Part shown: positions 20,521 through 31,131 of the stretch, piece after piece
How positions within the stretch are numbered: the first letter of the stretch is position 1
How the letters are laid out: each line of letters begins with the position of its first letter
From: an uncultured Gemmatimonadota bacterium
GTDB taxonomy: Bacteria > JAAXHH01
Assembly (NCBI GenBank): GCA_964593235.1
Contig: CAZQGS010000026.1
Span: 22,133 to 86,132 of the forward strand
Direction: 5' to 3'
Length of the DNA: 64,000 nucleotides
Notes under the pieces: generated by a model
The model's input: the letters and a program-made list of their open reading frames with translations, nothing else
Told to the model about the DNA's origin: nothing
Database searches by the model: none
Program-made: the position numbers and the translations under genes

Positions 20521-21315
20521 ATGGCGGATCGGTCAGCAAGCATAGCACCAGACTATTTTTCAAATATACATATAGTCCTTGTAGAACCTAGTGTCCCTGG
20601 CAATATTGGTGCGGTTGCTAGAGCAATGAAAACAATGGGTCTTTCAAGTCTTATTTTGGTTAACCCAGTTGAGTTTCGTCATGAAGCAGAGGCTCGTTGG
20701 ATGGCCCACGGTGCTGGTGATATTCTTGATACGGCTAAAGTAGTCTCTACCGTGGGGGAAGCAGTTGATGAATTTGCTCTGGTTGTCGGAACAACTAATC
20801 GCACGCGAAGTCCTTGGTTAAACCCTATAAAACCACTTGAAGAAGGTCTGGCCGAATTAATTGCTGTAGCTTGGTCCCAACCATCTGGAATATTATTTGG
20901 ACGGGAAAAAAGTGGATTGTTGAACGACGAATTGCAACGGTGCAATCTTATTGTTAGAATTCATTCAGCAGTAACCTACCCCTCTTTAAACTTATCTCAA
21001 TCAGTTATGGTGTGTGCCTATGAATTATTTCGTTTAAGTTGTGAAGCACCACAACAATCTAAAACAAAACTAGCTGACAATGAAGATGTAGAGAGGATTT
21101 GCCATCGAATGAACCAGGTGTTACTCCGTATAGGATTTGTTGGCCAACCAACAGAAGATACTTTTATGCGATCTATACGGCGGGTTTTTCGCCGCAGTCT
21201 GCGCCTCGAAAAACGTGATGTAGCAACTTTACATAAGTTTTGTAATGAGATTGATTTGTATGTAGACCACTGCAGTGGATCATCAAAATCTCATTTGTCG
21301 AATTCAAAAGAATAG
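20521..21315 (+). CDS. SpoU/TrmH-family RNA 2'-O-methyltransferase (TrmJ-like)
   Basis: 264 aa. SPOUT motifs (IVLVEPSVPGNIGAVARAM, LLFGREKSGL, NLSQSVMVCAYEL). Confidence 0.75.
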   Translation: MADRSASIAPDYFSNIHIVLVEPSVPGNIGAVARAMKTMGLSSLILVNPVEFRHEAEARWMAHGAGDILDTAKVVSTVGEAVDEFALVVGTTNRTRSPWLNPIKPLEEGLAELIAVAWSQPSGILFGREKSGLLNDELQRCNLIVRIHSAVTYPSLNLSQSVMVCAYELFRLSCEAPQQSKTKLADNEDVERICHRMNQVLLRIGFVGQPTEDTFMRSIRRVFRRSLRLEKRDVATLHKFCNEIDLYVDHCSGSSKSHLSNSKE

Positions 21316-22049
21316 AGTATCGATTCCAGACAAAGTCCATGAGGAGGGGCATTAATACCGGCAATTTTCCTATCTTTGGCACTAAGAATCTCGGTCATTG
21401 CCTCTGGAGAGCGATGTCCTCTACCGATATCTACAGCTGTACCTACGATGGTTCGTACCATATGATGAAGAAATCGGTTCGCTTCGACTTGCAGACGTAG
21501 TTCATCTCCCATCTCTACCCAATCAAGTTTTCGTATTTCGCAGTTCGTCCCGTCGGTTATAGATGAGGCCTGGCAGAACGACGTGAAATCATGTTGGCCA
21601 ATCAGAGCTTTACAGCTATTACGTAAGGCTTCAAGATCTAACGGATAGGTTACATGCCAAGCAAAATGTCTATGGATAGCACTAGGTCGTCGTATGATTC
21701 GATAAATATACCTTCGCCCTAAAGCACTAAAGCGAGCATGGAAATCTTGAGAAACTTCCATTCCGTCCAATATGCGTAAATCAGGTGGTAAAACACCGTT
21801 TAAACTTTTCTTAAGTTTGTTTATGTTAACATCCAGGGTTGTCTTGAAATGGACAACCTGTCCACTGGCATGCACTCCAGCATCAGTGCGTCCAGCTGCA
21901 GTTACTCGAGTTTCCGTTCTGAGGATGGTCCGAATTGCTTCTTCAAGCACCGATTGAACCGTGCGTCCTTGTGATTGAATCTGCCATCCTAGAAAATTGG
22001 TTCCGTCGTATTCAATTTTGAAAGCAAGGTTTGGCATAATGAAAAACAA
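21291..22049 (-). CDS. truA: tRNA pseudouridine(38-40) synthase TruA
   Basis: 252 aa. KIEYDGTNFLGWQIQ, catalytic Asp context (AAGRTDAGVHASGQVVHF). Start probably at the second Met (MPNLAF). Confidence 0.9.
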   Translation of the reverse strand: MFFIMPNLAFKIEYDGTNFLGWQIQSQGRTVQSVLEEAIRTILRTETRVTAAGRTDAGVHASGQVVHFKTTLDVNINKLKKSLNGVLPPDLRILDGMEVSQDFHARFSALGRRYIYRIIRRPSAIHRHFAWHVTYPLDLEALRNSCKALIGQHDFTSFCQASSITDGTNCEIRKLDWVEMGDELRLQVEANRFLHHMVRTIVGTAVDIGRGHRSPEAMTEILSAKDRKIAGINAPPHGLCLESILYSFEFDK

Positions 22050-22052
22050 AAG

Positions 22053-22865
22053 TCAGTTCAAAGTTATGAAAACATTACCAAGAATTAGTATAACCAAAAG
22101 TGCTGCAGTAGTGATTATAGCGAAGTAATCGTTTCGGGTTAGGATCATAACACGGTACTGAGTGCGACCTGTACCTCCGCGGTAACATCGAGCTTCCATA
22201 GCGACAGCTAATTCTTCAGCTCTCCGGAAGGCTGAAATCATTAACGGAACCAATAACGAGGCTATTTTTCGTAGTCTCTTTATTGGATTGCCAGTAAAAT
22301 CAGCCCCTCTGGACATCTGAGCTTTTTGAATACGGCCTGCTTCTTCAACTAAAGTTGGGATGAATCTGAGTGCTATAACCATCATTATTGCCAACTCATG
22401 AGCTGGTAAGCCAATTTTTTCAAAAGGTTTAAGAAGCCGTTCAATCCCATCTGAGATATCTAATGGGGCTGTGGTCAACATCAAAAGGGCTGCGATTAGT
22501 ATAATGACAATAAGGCGTATACAGAATAACATACCTTGCAATATTCCTTCCCAAGTTAAACCTGGAATCGTGATTTCGTAGATGATTACATTTATACCAG
22601 GCGTAAAACAGGCGTGGGCAGCAAAGGTGATTATAAGTAAAAATCGGAAAGCTTTTAGGTTATTTAAAGCAATGTTCATTGGAACTTCAGAGATCCGTAT
22701 GACAATAAGGACCACGGTTAGTATAAAAATGAATAGGAACAGTGATTGTGCCCAGATTAATATCCCCATAAATGCTAGGCACATACACAGCTTAGTTCGA
22801 GGATCGAGACAATGGATCATCGACACGGCTGGATAGAATTGTCCCAGAGTAAGATTCTGTAGCAT
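22053..22865 (-). CDS. ecfT: ECF transporter T component (EcfT/CbiQ family)
   Basis: 270 aa polytopic membrane protein with EcfT coupling motifs (AMEARCYRG..RT). Immediately upstream of truA. No ecfA genes adjacent. Confidence 0.7.
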   Translation of the reverse strand: MLQNLTLGQFYPAVSMIHCLDPRTKLCMCLAFMGILIWAQSLFLFIFILTVVLIVIRISEVPMNIALNNLKAFRFLLIITFAAHACFTPGINVIIYEITIPGLTWEGILQGMLFCIRLIVIILIAALLMLTTAPLDISDGIERLLKPFEKIGLPAHELAIMMVIALRFIPTLVEEAGRIQKAQMSRGADFTGNPIKRLRKIASLLVPLMISAFRRAEELAVAMEARCYRGGTGRTQYRVMILTRNDYFAIITTAALLVILILGNVFITLN

Positions 22866-23059
22866 GATTAAAAGGATGGAGGTTGAGTGGTTTTAATTTA
22901 TCGATCCTACAAATTTAGGTTGTAAAAAAGAAAGGCAAACAAGAACTCTTAACTGTTAAGGTAAGAGTTAGGTTAGTCTAATAGATTGAAAGTTAACCTT
23001 GGTTGACCGAAATCCCTTTTATCTTATTCAATTTTAGTTTAGGAAAACCAGATATTTTG

Positions 23060-23108
23060 TCTTTTTAAAAAATATTAAAACAAAAACACCATCCATAACG
23101 ACGGATGG
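23060..23108 (-). terminator. Putative intrinsic terminator for the minus-strand gene 23363..24637
   Basis: CCATCC-ATAACGAC-GGATGG hairpin (23089-23108), followed on the minus strand by a T-rich run (plus-strand A-run 23067-23088). Confidence 0.4.
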
Positions 23109-23362
23109 CGTATATTGTCTTTAGAAAGAGTTTCTCCCAACACAGGTTGGCATAAGTATTTTTAGGAGAACCTGTCTGGAACAGTGGTTGTCCCCCCAAG
23201 TATTTCTGGCGTCCTCTATTCTGGTGAGGCATGTCATAGATACTCAGAGCAGGATTCCCTATAGTAAAGCAAAGGTTCTTTTAAAATAACTTTGCCCTTT
23301 ACCTGTGTTGGATTCTCCAGATTATATTATGCTTAACAAAGGAAAGCAATACTTTAATTGGG

Positions 23363-24637
23363 CTATGTTTTCCGTTTCTTTTTCTTTGCTGCCGGGAAGA
23401 GAACATTATTTAGAATAAGGCGGTATCCAGGGGAGTTTTTGTGGAGACTAAGATTTGTTGGGGGGTCGCCTACGAGATGTTCTTCATCTTCTGGATCGTG
23501 CCCTCCGTAAAATGTGAAAGTTCCCGCTCCGTAGTTCCCATGTATATACTTGATGTAGTCAGTCTCCGATTCCTTAGCCAGAACTACTGTCGTAGGTTTA
23601 AGGACCTGTCTACTGAAAGTGGTAGATAGTCCATAAAAACCAGCAATATAGTTTACGTGGTTTTGTGTAAGCATCGACGGAACAGGGTCATATTTAGCCG
23701 AAAAATCAAAAAGAGTAAATGGACCGGTTGGTATCTTAGTAGCGTTAACCTGGTTGACATCAATATTCGAAAAGGAACCGATAAAAGGGTTTAATTGTAG
23801 AGTAAAATCTTTAAAAGCAAAAGTTTGATCAAATTCCAACTTAGATTGGGCATCCGGATCAATAGGAGTATGATCGTATTCTGGTGCAACTATGTCGGTA
23901 TGATAGGAGGATAGAGCGATTTCTATGGTTTCTGTTGCAGCACACATTGCAAATAAAAAACCGCCGTTCCCCACATATTTTTGAATAGATCGTGCAACTG
24001 CTTTTTTTAATTCGGCAACTGTAGGATATCCCTGGTCCCTTGCTAGTGTTTCATCAGTCAGTTGCTGCTGTTGGTACCAAGGCATTCTGTGATAGCTGTA
24101 AAATTTGCTATATTGGCCAGTGAAATCTTCGTGGTGAAGATGTAACCAATCGAATTGATTCAGTTTCCCACCCAGTACCTCTTTGTCAAAGATGGTTTGG
24201 TACGGTACCTCAGCATATTTCAACGCCATGGTTACAGCGTCATCCCATGGGCGCTTATCAGGGCGAGTATACACTGCTATTTTGGGTACTTTTTCTAGTA
24301 TTACGCGGTCCATATTGTTGTCTTCAATAAGATCGTAAATCTGAGTTAACTCTGCTCCACTAAGGATTTTAAAACTAACACCTCGTAAATAACATGAGCG
24401 AGCCCGGTCAGTTGTTGGGTCCATAATAAATGAACCACCACGGTAGTTTAGTAGCCATTCGACGGTATAACCTTTTTCTAAAGCCTGAAAAGCAATGCCA
24501 TAAGCTTTGAGATGATCCTGCTGCTCCAAGTCCATTGGTATTAGTATCTTTTGAGCACTAGTGGTAAGCGGTACTATACAAAATCCCACAAATAAGAGAA
24601 TGAGTTTAGACATTTCTACTTCCCTAAGGTATGCCAA
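23363..24637 (-). CDS. Secreted protein of unknown function (signal peptide; possible class-I glutamine-amidotransferase-like/ThuA-like fold)
   Basis: 424 aa. MSKLILLFVGFCIVPLTTSAQ signal peptide (start probably at the internal MSKL). GGFLFAMCAATE nucleophile-elbow-like segment. Lys-rich C-terminus. Confidence 0.4.
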   Translation of the reverse strand: MAYLREVEMSKLILLFVGFCIVPLTTSAQKILIPMDLEQQDHLKAYGIAFQALEKGYTVEWLLNYRGGSFIMDPTTDRARSCYLRGVSFKILSGAELTQIYDLIEDNNMDRVILEKVPKIAVYTRPDKRPWDDAVTMALKYAEVPYQTIFDKEVLGGKLNQFDWLHLHHEDFTGQYSKFYSYHRMPWYQQQQLTDETLARDQGYPTVAELKKAVARSIQKYVGNGGFLFAMCAATETIEIALSSYHTDIVAPEYDHTPIDPDAQSKLEFDQTFAFKDFTLQLNPFIGSFSNIDVNQVNATKIPTGPFTLFDFSAKYDPVPSMLTQNHVNYIAGFYGLSTTFSRQVLKPTTVVLAKESETDYIKYIHGNYGAGTFTFYGGHDPEDEEHLVGDPPTNLSLHKNSPGYRLILNNVLFPAAKKKKRKT

Positions 24638-24772
24638 CTAATATTAAATTAGCGTTATTTATTAACAAACTTCAAAGTGATGCTCCGAAATAAACAAGTA
24701 TTGGCCATATTATAATAAAAATTGATTAGGCAGTAAGGAAATATTCGGTCTGTTGTTAGATTTCAACAAGTA

Positions 24773-25948
24773 CTATAAAAGTGTTTCCATATTGTCTACA
24801 TATTTATGCCCACTCCCCGTATTGAAAAGGACAATTTGTTCTGATGAGGTAATATTTCCCAGTGCAAGCATCTTCTTAAGAGCAGCTAAAACGGCACCTC
24901 CTTCGGGGGCTGCGAAAATACCCTCGGTTTGTCCAAGCTCTTGAACACCATAAATCATATCCTCATCTGGGACAGCTAAAGCTGTCCCCTTGCTCTTCCT
25001 TATAATAGAAAGCATAAGTCTGTCTCCTACAGCGGAGGGTACGCGAAGTCCACTAGCTAGAGTCTTAGCATTCTCCCATTCGGGAGCCTCCTGCCAATTT
25101 TTTTCCCAGGCTCTAACAATAGGTTGGCAACCAGTAGCTTGAACGGCAATCATTCGAGGGCGTTTGGTTCCAATCAATCCTAGGCTTTCCATTTCAGAAA
25201 AGGCCTTCCACATACCAATCAGACCAGTACCCCCCCCAGCAGGATAGTATATAGCATCGGGAAGATTCCATCCCAACTGTTCTGCTAGTTCATAACCCAT
25301 GGTTTTCTTGCCTTCGACTCGGTAGGGTTCTTTTAGGGTTGAAACATCAAACCACCCCTCACGATCTTTTCGTACGGCTATCTCCTTGCCACAATCTGTG
25401 ATAAGTCCATCAACTAGTTCCACCTGGGCGCCATGAGCTCGGCATTCTATGATGAAAGGCTTAGGGGTGTCTCGAGGCATAAAAACATTAACTGGAATAC
25501 CAGCCTTAGCACCGTAGGCTGAAAGTGCTCCACCGGCATTACCTGCAGAGGGAATCGCTAAAGATTTTACACCTAGTTCAAGAGCCCGTGACACCGCCAT
25601 AGCTAATCCACGAGCCTTAAACGAACCCGTAGGGTTAACAGATTCATCTTTGATATAAAGATTGTTTATACCAAGACGGTGCCCCAGATTTCGAGCATGG
25701 ATAAGCGGAGTTCCGCCTTCACTTAGTGTGACGATAGATGATTCATCTCGAACCGGGAGCATTTCCCTGTAACGCCAGAGAGTAGGCTCCCTTATAGCCA
25801 ATTTTTCTGGAGTTAGAAATTTTTTCGCCTCTTCGGTGTCATATTTTGCTAGAAGTGGCTTGGCACAATCAGGGCATAAATTTAGCAACTGCTCGGCTGG
25901 AAAACGCTGGTTACACGCACTACATTCTAGGTCAATAAGGAAAGTCAT
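24773..25948 (-). CDS. thrC: Threonine synthase (PLP fold-type II)
   Basis: 391 aa. N-terminal Cys4 cluster (CSACN..CPDC), PLP-Lys region (NPTGSFKARG), GNAG glycine loop. Confidence 0.75.
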   Translation of the reverse strand: MTFLIDLECSACNQRFPAEQLLNLCPDCAKPLLAKYDTEEAKKFLTPEKLAIREPTLWRYREMLPVRDESSIVTLSEGGTPLIHARNLGHRLGINNLYIKDESVNPTGSFKARGLAMAVSRALELGVKSLAIPSAGNAGGALSAYGAKAGIPVNVFMPRDTPKPFIIECRAHGAQVELVDGLITDCGKEIAVRKDREGWFDVSTLKEPYRVEGKKTMGYELAEQLGWNLPDAIYYPAGGGTGLIGMWKAFSEMESLGLIGTKRPRMIAVQATGCQPIVRAWEKNWQEAPEWENAKTLASGLRVPSAVGDRLMLSIIRKSKGTALAVPDEDMIYGVQELGQTEGIFAAPEGGAVLAALKKMLALGNITSSEQIVLFNTGSGHKYVDNMETLL

Positions 25949-25999
25949 AGAGTATTCCCATCGGTATGAGTTGCATTCAATACACTTTTATATAGCTAT

Positions 26000-26887
26000 T
26001 TATAGTTCGAAGAACATTCCGAGTCCTAAGTAATTATCTTCCATTTGATGGAATTGTCCGTGCTCACTCCGGCCTAGATGGAGTACCAGAGCAATTCGTA
26101 GGCCTCTCGATTCTTCATTTCGTAGCATCATTCCAATGTGTGCTGTACTGTTTGCTACTAGTCCTTTATTTCGAAACAACCGTATGTCATAAGCCAAATA
26201 AGGTCGAGCGTTAAGAATTTTGAGAGGGTAGGAAATCAGTTCGGCACCGAACTGAGCTTGCCAACGTCGTATATTTGGAATTGCATGGTTAGACCACTGT
26301 AGACTACTATATATACGTGTTGTGCTTTGATTCAAACCTATTTTGTAGTCACCATAAATGGTAAAATATTCTCTGCTATAAGTAAATGCTTGGCTTGGAT
26401 CGTCGTGTCCATCAACTAGGTGTGCGCTTAAGTGTTCATATTCAAATCGACCAGAAAATTGATTAGTTGCTAGATCAGCGTGAAATCCAATAATATAATC
26501 TGATGTTTCGAGAGGGAAGAATGTTCCAGACCAACGGAGTTGTGAGAAAACACCAGCATGAATTCCGGTTCGGAAACGGAGTCTTACATTTTGGTTTCCC
26601 TCATAATCGAATGCTTCCCATGAACCTCCAATATCTCCATTCAGTCTATTAACAAAGTTAGTAGTAATAGCAAACTGTGTCTCTGTAGGGTCAGCCAGCA
26701 GTGGTTGAAATAGTCTTTTTTGGGGGGAAGCAAAACGCCAAGTTCCTGCTTCGGTTTCGAAATCTAGGCCTGAAAACAAGAAAATTAAGCCTGTAAAAAA
26801 CACTAGGCGTGTTAATTTCTTTAACCTATGGCAACTGTTTGTTTCAAGATTTTTATAAGATAAACTTTTACTAAATTTCAAAAACAT
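26000..26887 (-). CDS. Putative outer-membrane beta-barrel protein, unknown function
   Basis: 295 aa. Hydrophobic signal-like N-region, alternating amphipathic pattern rich in aromatic and Gly residues, C-terminal ...GLGMFFEL. Confidence 0.4.
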   Translation of the reverse strand: MFLKFSKSLSYKNLETNSCHRLKKLTRLVFFTGLIFLFSGLDFETEAGTWRFASPQKRLFQPLLADPTETQFAITTNFVNRLNGDIGGSWEAFDYEGNQNVRLRFRTGIHAGVFSQLRWSGTFFPLETSDYIIGFHADLATNQFSGRFEYEHLSAHLVDGHDDPSQAFTYSREYFTIYGDYKIGLNQSTTRIYSSLQWSNHAIPNIRRWQAQFGAELISYPLKILNARPYLAYDIRLFRNKGLVANSTAHIGMMLRNEESRGLRIALVLHLGRSEHGQFHQMEDNYLGLGMFFEL

Positions 26888-27191
26888 TTGGTGTCCGAGG
26901 TGTATAAGTGAGTTATTATTGACCAGTCCGGTAGTCTAGTTAAGTATTGCAACCAGTACAGGTGATGAAATAAAGTAAGGTAACACTACCTTCCATAGTA
27001 GATTGGAAATTACTCTTTTAATTCCAAAGATGATAGATCATTCAGCCCCATCATGTCAAGTTTCTATTACCCATCGGGTGCCTATATAGTGGGCAATAGG
27101 GGATTCTTCAGAGATGGAATAGACTTGACATAAGTACCGATTCGTTGTTATTTTTTAATAGACTTTTAACATTAATCGGGGGATTATTATA

Positions 27192-29954
27192 GTGTCAAGT
27201 AACCTCAATAGTTTTGGCGCGAAGACCCAATTGCTGGTGGCCGGGAAACAACAAACCTACTATTCGCTTTATCGTGCAGCGGATGGAGGTGCAGGCGATA
27301 GTTCTAGGTTGCCATTTTCTCTTAAAATAATGCTGGAAAATCTACTCCGTCACGAGGATGGTCTGACTGTTTCCGCGGAGGATGTGGTTGCCCTTGTAGG
27401 GAGTGTAAGTGGAGGGGCTGTCGAGAAAGAGATATCCTTTCGGCCAGCTCGGGTACTAATGCAAGATTTTACAGGTGTCCCTGCCGTTGTTGACCTGGCA
27501 GCTATGCGAGATGCCATAAGAAAATTAGGTGGGAAAACGGACCAAATTAATCCTTTACAGGATGTAGATTTAGTAATTGATCATTCTGTGCAAGTTGATG
27601 AATATGGTACTCAACAAGCTTATGCAACTAATGTAAATCTTGAATTCGATCGTAACCAAGAACGATATCTTTTCCTTAAATGGGGGCAACAGGCTTTCGA
27701 CAATTTTCGTGTTGTACCTCCTGGTACAGGTATAGTTCACCAGGTTAATCTTGAATATCTGGCAAAGGTAGTTGTCACCCGTAAACAAAGCGAAGATTGG
27801 ATAATATATCCTGATACCCTTGTAGGAACAGATTCCCATACAACGATGATTAATGGTCTTGGTGTGGTTGGTTGGGGTGTTGGGGGTATAGAAGCAGAAG
27901 CAGCTATGCTGGGGCAACCAGTCTCGATGCTTATCCCATCGGTAGTTGGTTTCAAGATGACCGGTGAATTACCAGTCGGAACCACAGCTACTGACCTAGT
28001 GCTTACGGTAACCCAGATGCTTCGTGCTCACGGCGTTGTTGGTAAATTTGTTGAGTTTTATGGGTCTGGCTTGGAGAATTTGACACTGCCTGATCGAGCT
28101 ACTATAGCTAATATGGCTCCCGAGTATGGGGCCACTGTGGGATTTTTCCCAGTAGATGATGAGACACTTTCATACATGGAACTAACAGGTCGATCTAAAG
28201 ACGATATTGCGCTAGTTGATGCTTATATGAAAGAACAGGGTCTTTTTCGTACTATCAATACTCCAGATCCCGTATTTTCAGATAGCCTGGAACTTGATCT
28301 GAGTACGATCGAATCGAGCATGGCAGGTCCGAGGCGACCACAGGATAGAGTAGCATTAAGTAATGTTAAATCATCTTTTAGAAACGAATTAGCTAATATG
28401 CTTGCTGATGAAAATCCTGAGCTTTCGAAAGATGAAATTACTCAATGGACTAAAGGCAACGAAAGTAAACCTGAAAAAATGGGAACACTGACCAAAAAAG
28501 TGCCGGCTTCTTTGGGTGGTTCGTTTTTCGAATTAGGCCATGGGTCGGTCGTAATCGCAGCGATTACAAGTTGTACGAATACTTCTAACCCAGCAGTATT
28601 GGCGGCCGCGGGAATTTTAGCCCGAAATGCTGTTGAACGTGGCTTAACGACGCGCCCATGGGTCAAGACCAGTCTAGCTCCGGGATCGAAGGTGGTAACA
28701 AGCTACTTAGAAGATATGAAATTACTTCCTTATCTAGAAAAACTCCGTTTTCACGTGGTAGGGTATGGGTGTACAACCTGTATAGGAAATAGTGGTCCAG
28801 TTCCAGGGCCGATAAGCGAAGTTATTTCTAACGCAGAGCTTGTCGCAGCTTCTGTCCTTAGTGGTAACCGAAATTTCGAAGGGCGTGTTAATCCTGTTGT
28901 TAAGGCTAACTATCTTGCTTCACCTCCACTAGTTGTTGCTTATGCAATTACAGGCCGTATGGATGTAGACTTTTCGAAGGAACCTATCGGAAAGGATAAG
29001 GAGGGGTATGATGTTTTTCTGCGGGATATATGGCCAACACCGAAAGAAGTTAGGGAAGCTGTTGAAGTTTCGGTACGTAGAGAAATGTTTCAATCGATCT
29101 ACTCTGATGTTTTTACGGGAGATGATCGTTGGGGTAGCCTGGCTGCGACAACAGACGAGTCTTTTGCATGGGAAGATTCTTCGACTTACGTAAAACAGCC
29201 TCCCTATTTTGAAAATATCCAGGTTGATCCACCTGGAATCGTTGATATCACAGGCGCCAGAGTATTAGCTGTGCTGGGGGATTCTGTGACTACGGATCAT
29301 ATTTCGCCTGCAGGATCAATACAAATTGATAGCCCCGCAGGGCAATATTTGATTGATAGGGGTGTTGCTCCTAAGGAATTTAATTCTTACGGTTCCCGAC
29401 GTGGTAATCATGAAATAATGATGCGTGGAACTTTTGCAAATATTCGGCTCCGCAATCAGATAGCACCGGGTACAGAGGGAGGGTGGACGAAAACTTCTCA
29501 AGATTCAACCCCAGTAACTATTTTTTCTGCCGCTATGGACTATTGTTCTTCAGAAACCCCTCTGGTCGTAGTTGCTGGTAAAGAGTATGGCACTGGGTCT
29601 TCGCGAGATTGGGCGGCTAAGGGACCTAGGCTTCTCGGTGTTCGTGCCACTATAGTAGAGAGTTATGAGCGTATTCACCGAAGTAACCTTATTGGCATGG
29701 GAGTTCTGCCACTTCAATTTGAAGATGGGGAAAGCGCTGATTTTCACGGAATAACTGGTTTTGAAACTTTTGATATTGAGGGGCTAGATGGGGGAATTAC
29801 ACCTCGTCAACAAGTAAATGTCCGTATTACCTCAGAAAATGGTGCTTCAAGAGTGATCAGAACTATTGTTCGTATCGATACCCCGGTGGAAGTAGAATAT
29901 TATCGTCATGGTGGTATTCTTCAATACGTGCTGCGAGGGTTATTAAAGAATTAA
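27192..29954 (+). CDS. acnA: Aconitate hydratase A
   Basis: 920 aa. Fe-S ligand Cys motifs ([23 protein letters not shown]), [19 protein letters not shown], AcnA/IRP-type length. Confidence 0.95.
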   Translation: MSSNLNSFGAKTQLLVAGKQQTYYSLYRAADGGAGDSSRLPFSLKIMLENLLRHEDGLTVSAEDVVALVGSVSGGAVEKEISFRPARVLMQDFTGVPAVVDLAAMRDAIRKLGGKTDQINPLQDVDLVIDHSVQVDEYGTQQAYATNVNLEFDRNQERYLFLKWGQQAFDNFRVVPPGTGIVHQVNLEYLAKVVVTRKQSEDWIIYPDTLVGTDSHTTMINGLGVVGWGVGGIEAEAAMLGQPVSMLIPSVVGFKMTGELPVGTTATDLVLTVTQMLRAHGVVGKFVEFYGSGLENLTLPDRATIANMAPEYGATVGFFPVDDETLSYMELTGRSKDDIALVDAYMKEQGLFRTINTPDPVFSDSLELDLSTIESSMAGPRRPQDRVALSNVKSSFRNELANMLADENPELSKDEITQWTKGNESKPEKMGTLTKKVPASLGGSFFELGHGSVVIAAITSCTNTSNPAVLAAAGILARNAVERGLTTRPWVKTSLAPGSKVVTSYLEDMKLLPYLEKLRFHVVGYGCTTCIGNSGPVPGPISEVISNAELVAASVLSGNRNFEGRVNPVVKANYLASPPLVVAYAITGRMDVDFSKEPIGKDKEGYDVFLRDIWPTPKEVREAVEVSVRREMFQSIYSDVFTGDDRWGSLAATTDESFAWEDSSTYVKQPPYFENIQVDPPGIVDITGARVLAVLGDSVTTDHISPAGSIQIDSPAGQYLIDRGVAPKEFNSYGSRRGNHEIMMRGTFANIRLRNQIAPGTEGGWTKTSQDSTPVTIFSAAMDYCSSETPLVVVAGKEYGTGSSRDWAAKGPRLLGVRATIVESYERIHRSNLIGMGVLPLQFEDGESADFHGITGFETFDIEGLDGGITPRQQVNVRITSENGASRVIRTIVRIDTPVEVEYYRHGGILQYVLRGLLKN

Positions 29955-29986
29955 TTCTAGTTATAACTCCGAATTTAAGGATAAAT

Positions 29987-30985
29987 ATGAGCTTGACAGT
30001 AGGGATTAATGGTTTTGGTCGTATTGGCCGTATGGTTTTTCGTGCTATAGCAGAAAGATCAGATTTAGAGGTGGTTGCAATAAACGATCTTACTGATAGT
30101 AAAACACTTGCCCATCTTCTAAAATACGATTCGGTACATGGCCCATTCGATGGATCTATTGAGTCAGGGGAGAACGACATCTATGTTGACGGGAAAAAGA
30201 TCAAGATCCTCTCCGAAAAAAGCCCAAAAAAATTACCTTGGCAAAAACTTGGCGTAGATGTTGTGGTTGAATCGACAGGGTTTTTCTTAGATGGCGATAA
30301 AGCCGCGGAACATTTATCCGCTGGAGCCAAAAAGGTTTTGATAACTGCACCAGCAAAAAATGTGGATGCAACGATAGTTATGGGAGTAAATGACCATTTA
30401 CTAAAAAGTTCTCATCGTATTATCTCGAATGCTTCATGTACCACGAATTGTCTAGCACCAATGGCGTGGGTCCTCCATAAAAATTTTAATGTTCTTCGGG
30501 GATGTATGACAACAATTCATGCCTATACCAGTGACCAACAAATTATTGATTACCCTCATTCAGACCTACGAAGGTCACGGTCGGGTGCAGTATCTATGAT
30601 CCCAACAATAACCGGGGCTGCTAAGGCTATTGGTGAAGTTATTCCTGGGTTAGAAGGTCGTCTTAATGGTATGGCAGTACGAGTGCCAGTGCCCAATGTA
30701 TCCATGGTTGACTTCGTAGCCCAGGTCGAGCAAACTCCAACAGTCGACGAAGTTAACCAGGTTTTTTCAAAGGTGGCTGAAGGAAAATTAAAAGGAATTA
30801 TTGAATACTGCAATGACCCCATCGTTTCTATTGATCTAGTGCACAATGCCGCTTCTTGTATTTTTGATTCCCAAATAACTATGATTGTAGATGATAGTTT
30901 AGTCAAAATATGTGGTTGGTACGATAACGAATGGGGTTATTCCAATCGTTGCGTAGATCTTATAGAGCGTTTTTCCGAAATATAA
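29987..30985 (+). CDS. gap: Glyceraldehyde-3-phosphate dehydrogenase, type I
   Basis: 332 aa. INGFGRIGR Rossmann opening, active site ASCTTNCLAP, WYDNEWGYS near the C-terminus. Confidence 0.95.
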   Translation: MSLTVGINGFGRIGRMVFRAIAERSDLEVVAINDLTDSKTLAHLLKYDSVHGPFDGSIESGENDIYVDGKKIKILSEKSPKKLPWQKLGVDVVVESTGFFLDGDKAAEHLSAGAKKVLITAPAKNVDATIVMGVNDHLLKSSHRIISNASCTTNCLAPMAWVLHKNFNVLRGCMTTIHAYTSDQQIIDYPHSDLRRSRSGAVSMIPTITGAAKAIGEVIPGLEGRLNGMAVRVPVPNVSMVDFVAQVEQTPTVDEVNQVFSKVAEGKLKGIIEYCNDPIVSIDLVHNAASCIFDSQITMIVDDSLVKICGWYDNEWGYSNRCVDLIERFSEI

Positions 30986-31131
30986 CTATGGTAGAACTAA
31001 GAAGGACTGGTTCAAAGATTTCGTATAGCTAGGTAAGTAGGAACAACTTCAAAATCTAAATCATTATTAATAGTTTCTAAATAACCCACTTATCTCTCGT
31101 TCGTTTAAGGCGAGTAGAACAGGGGCCTATT

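Noticed and set aside
27570-29747. Minus-strand ORFs within acnA (27570..27917, 27737..27985, 28442..28666, 29316..29501, 29550..29747)
   Set aside because: They are antisense to a 920-aa aconitase with conserved Fe-S motifs, and their translations show no domain features.
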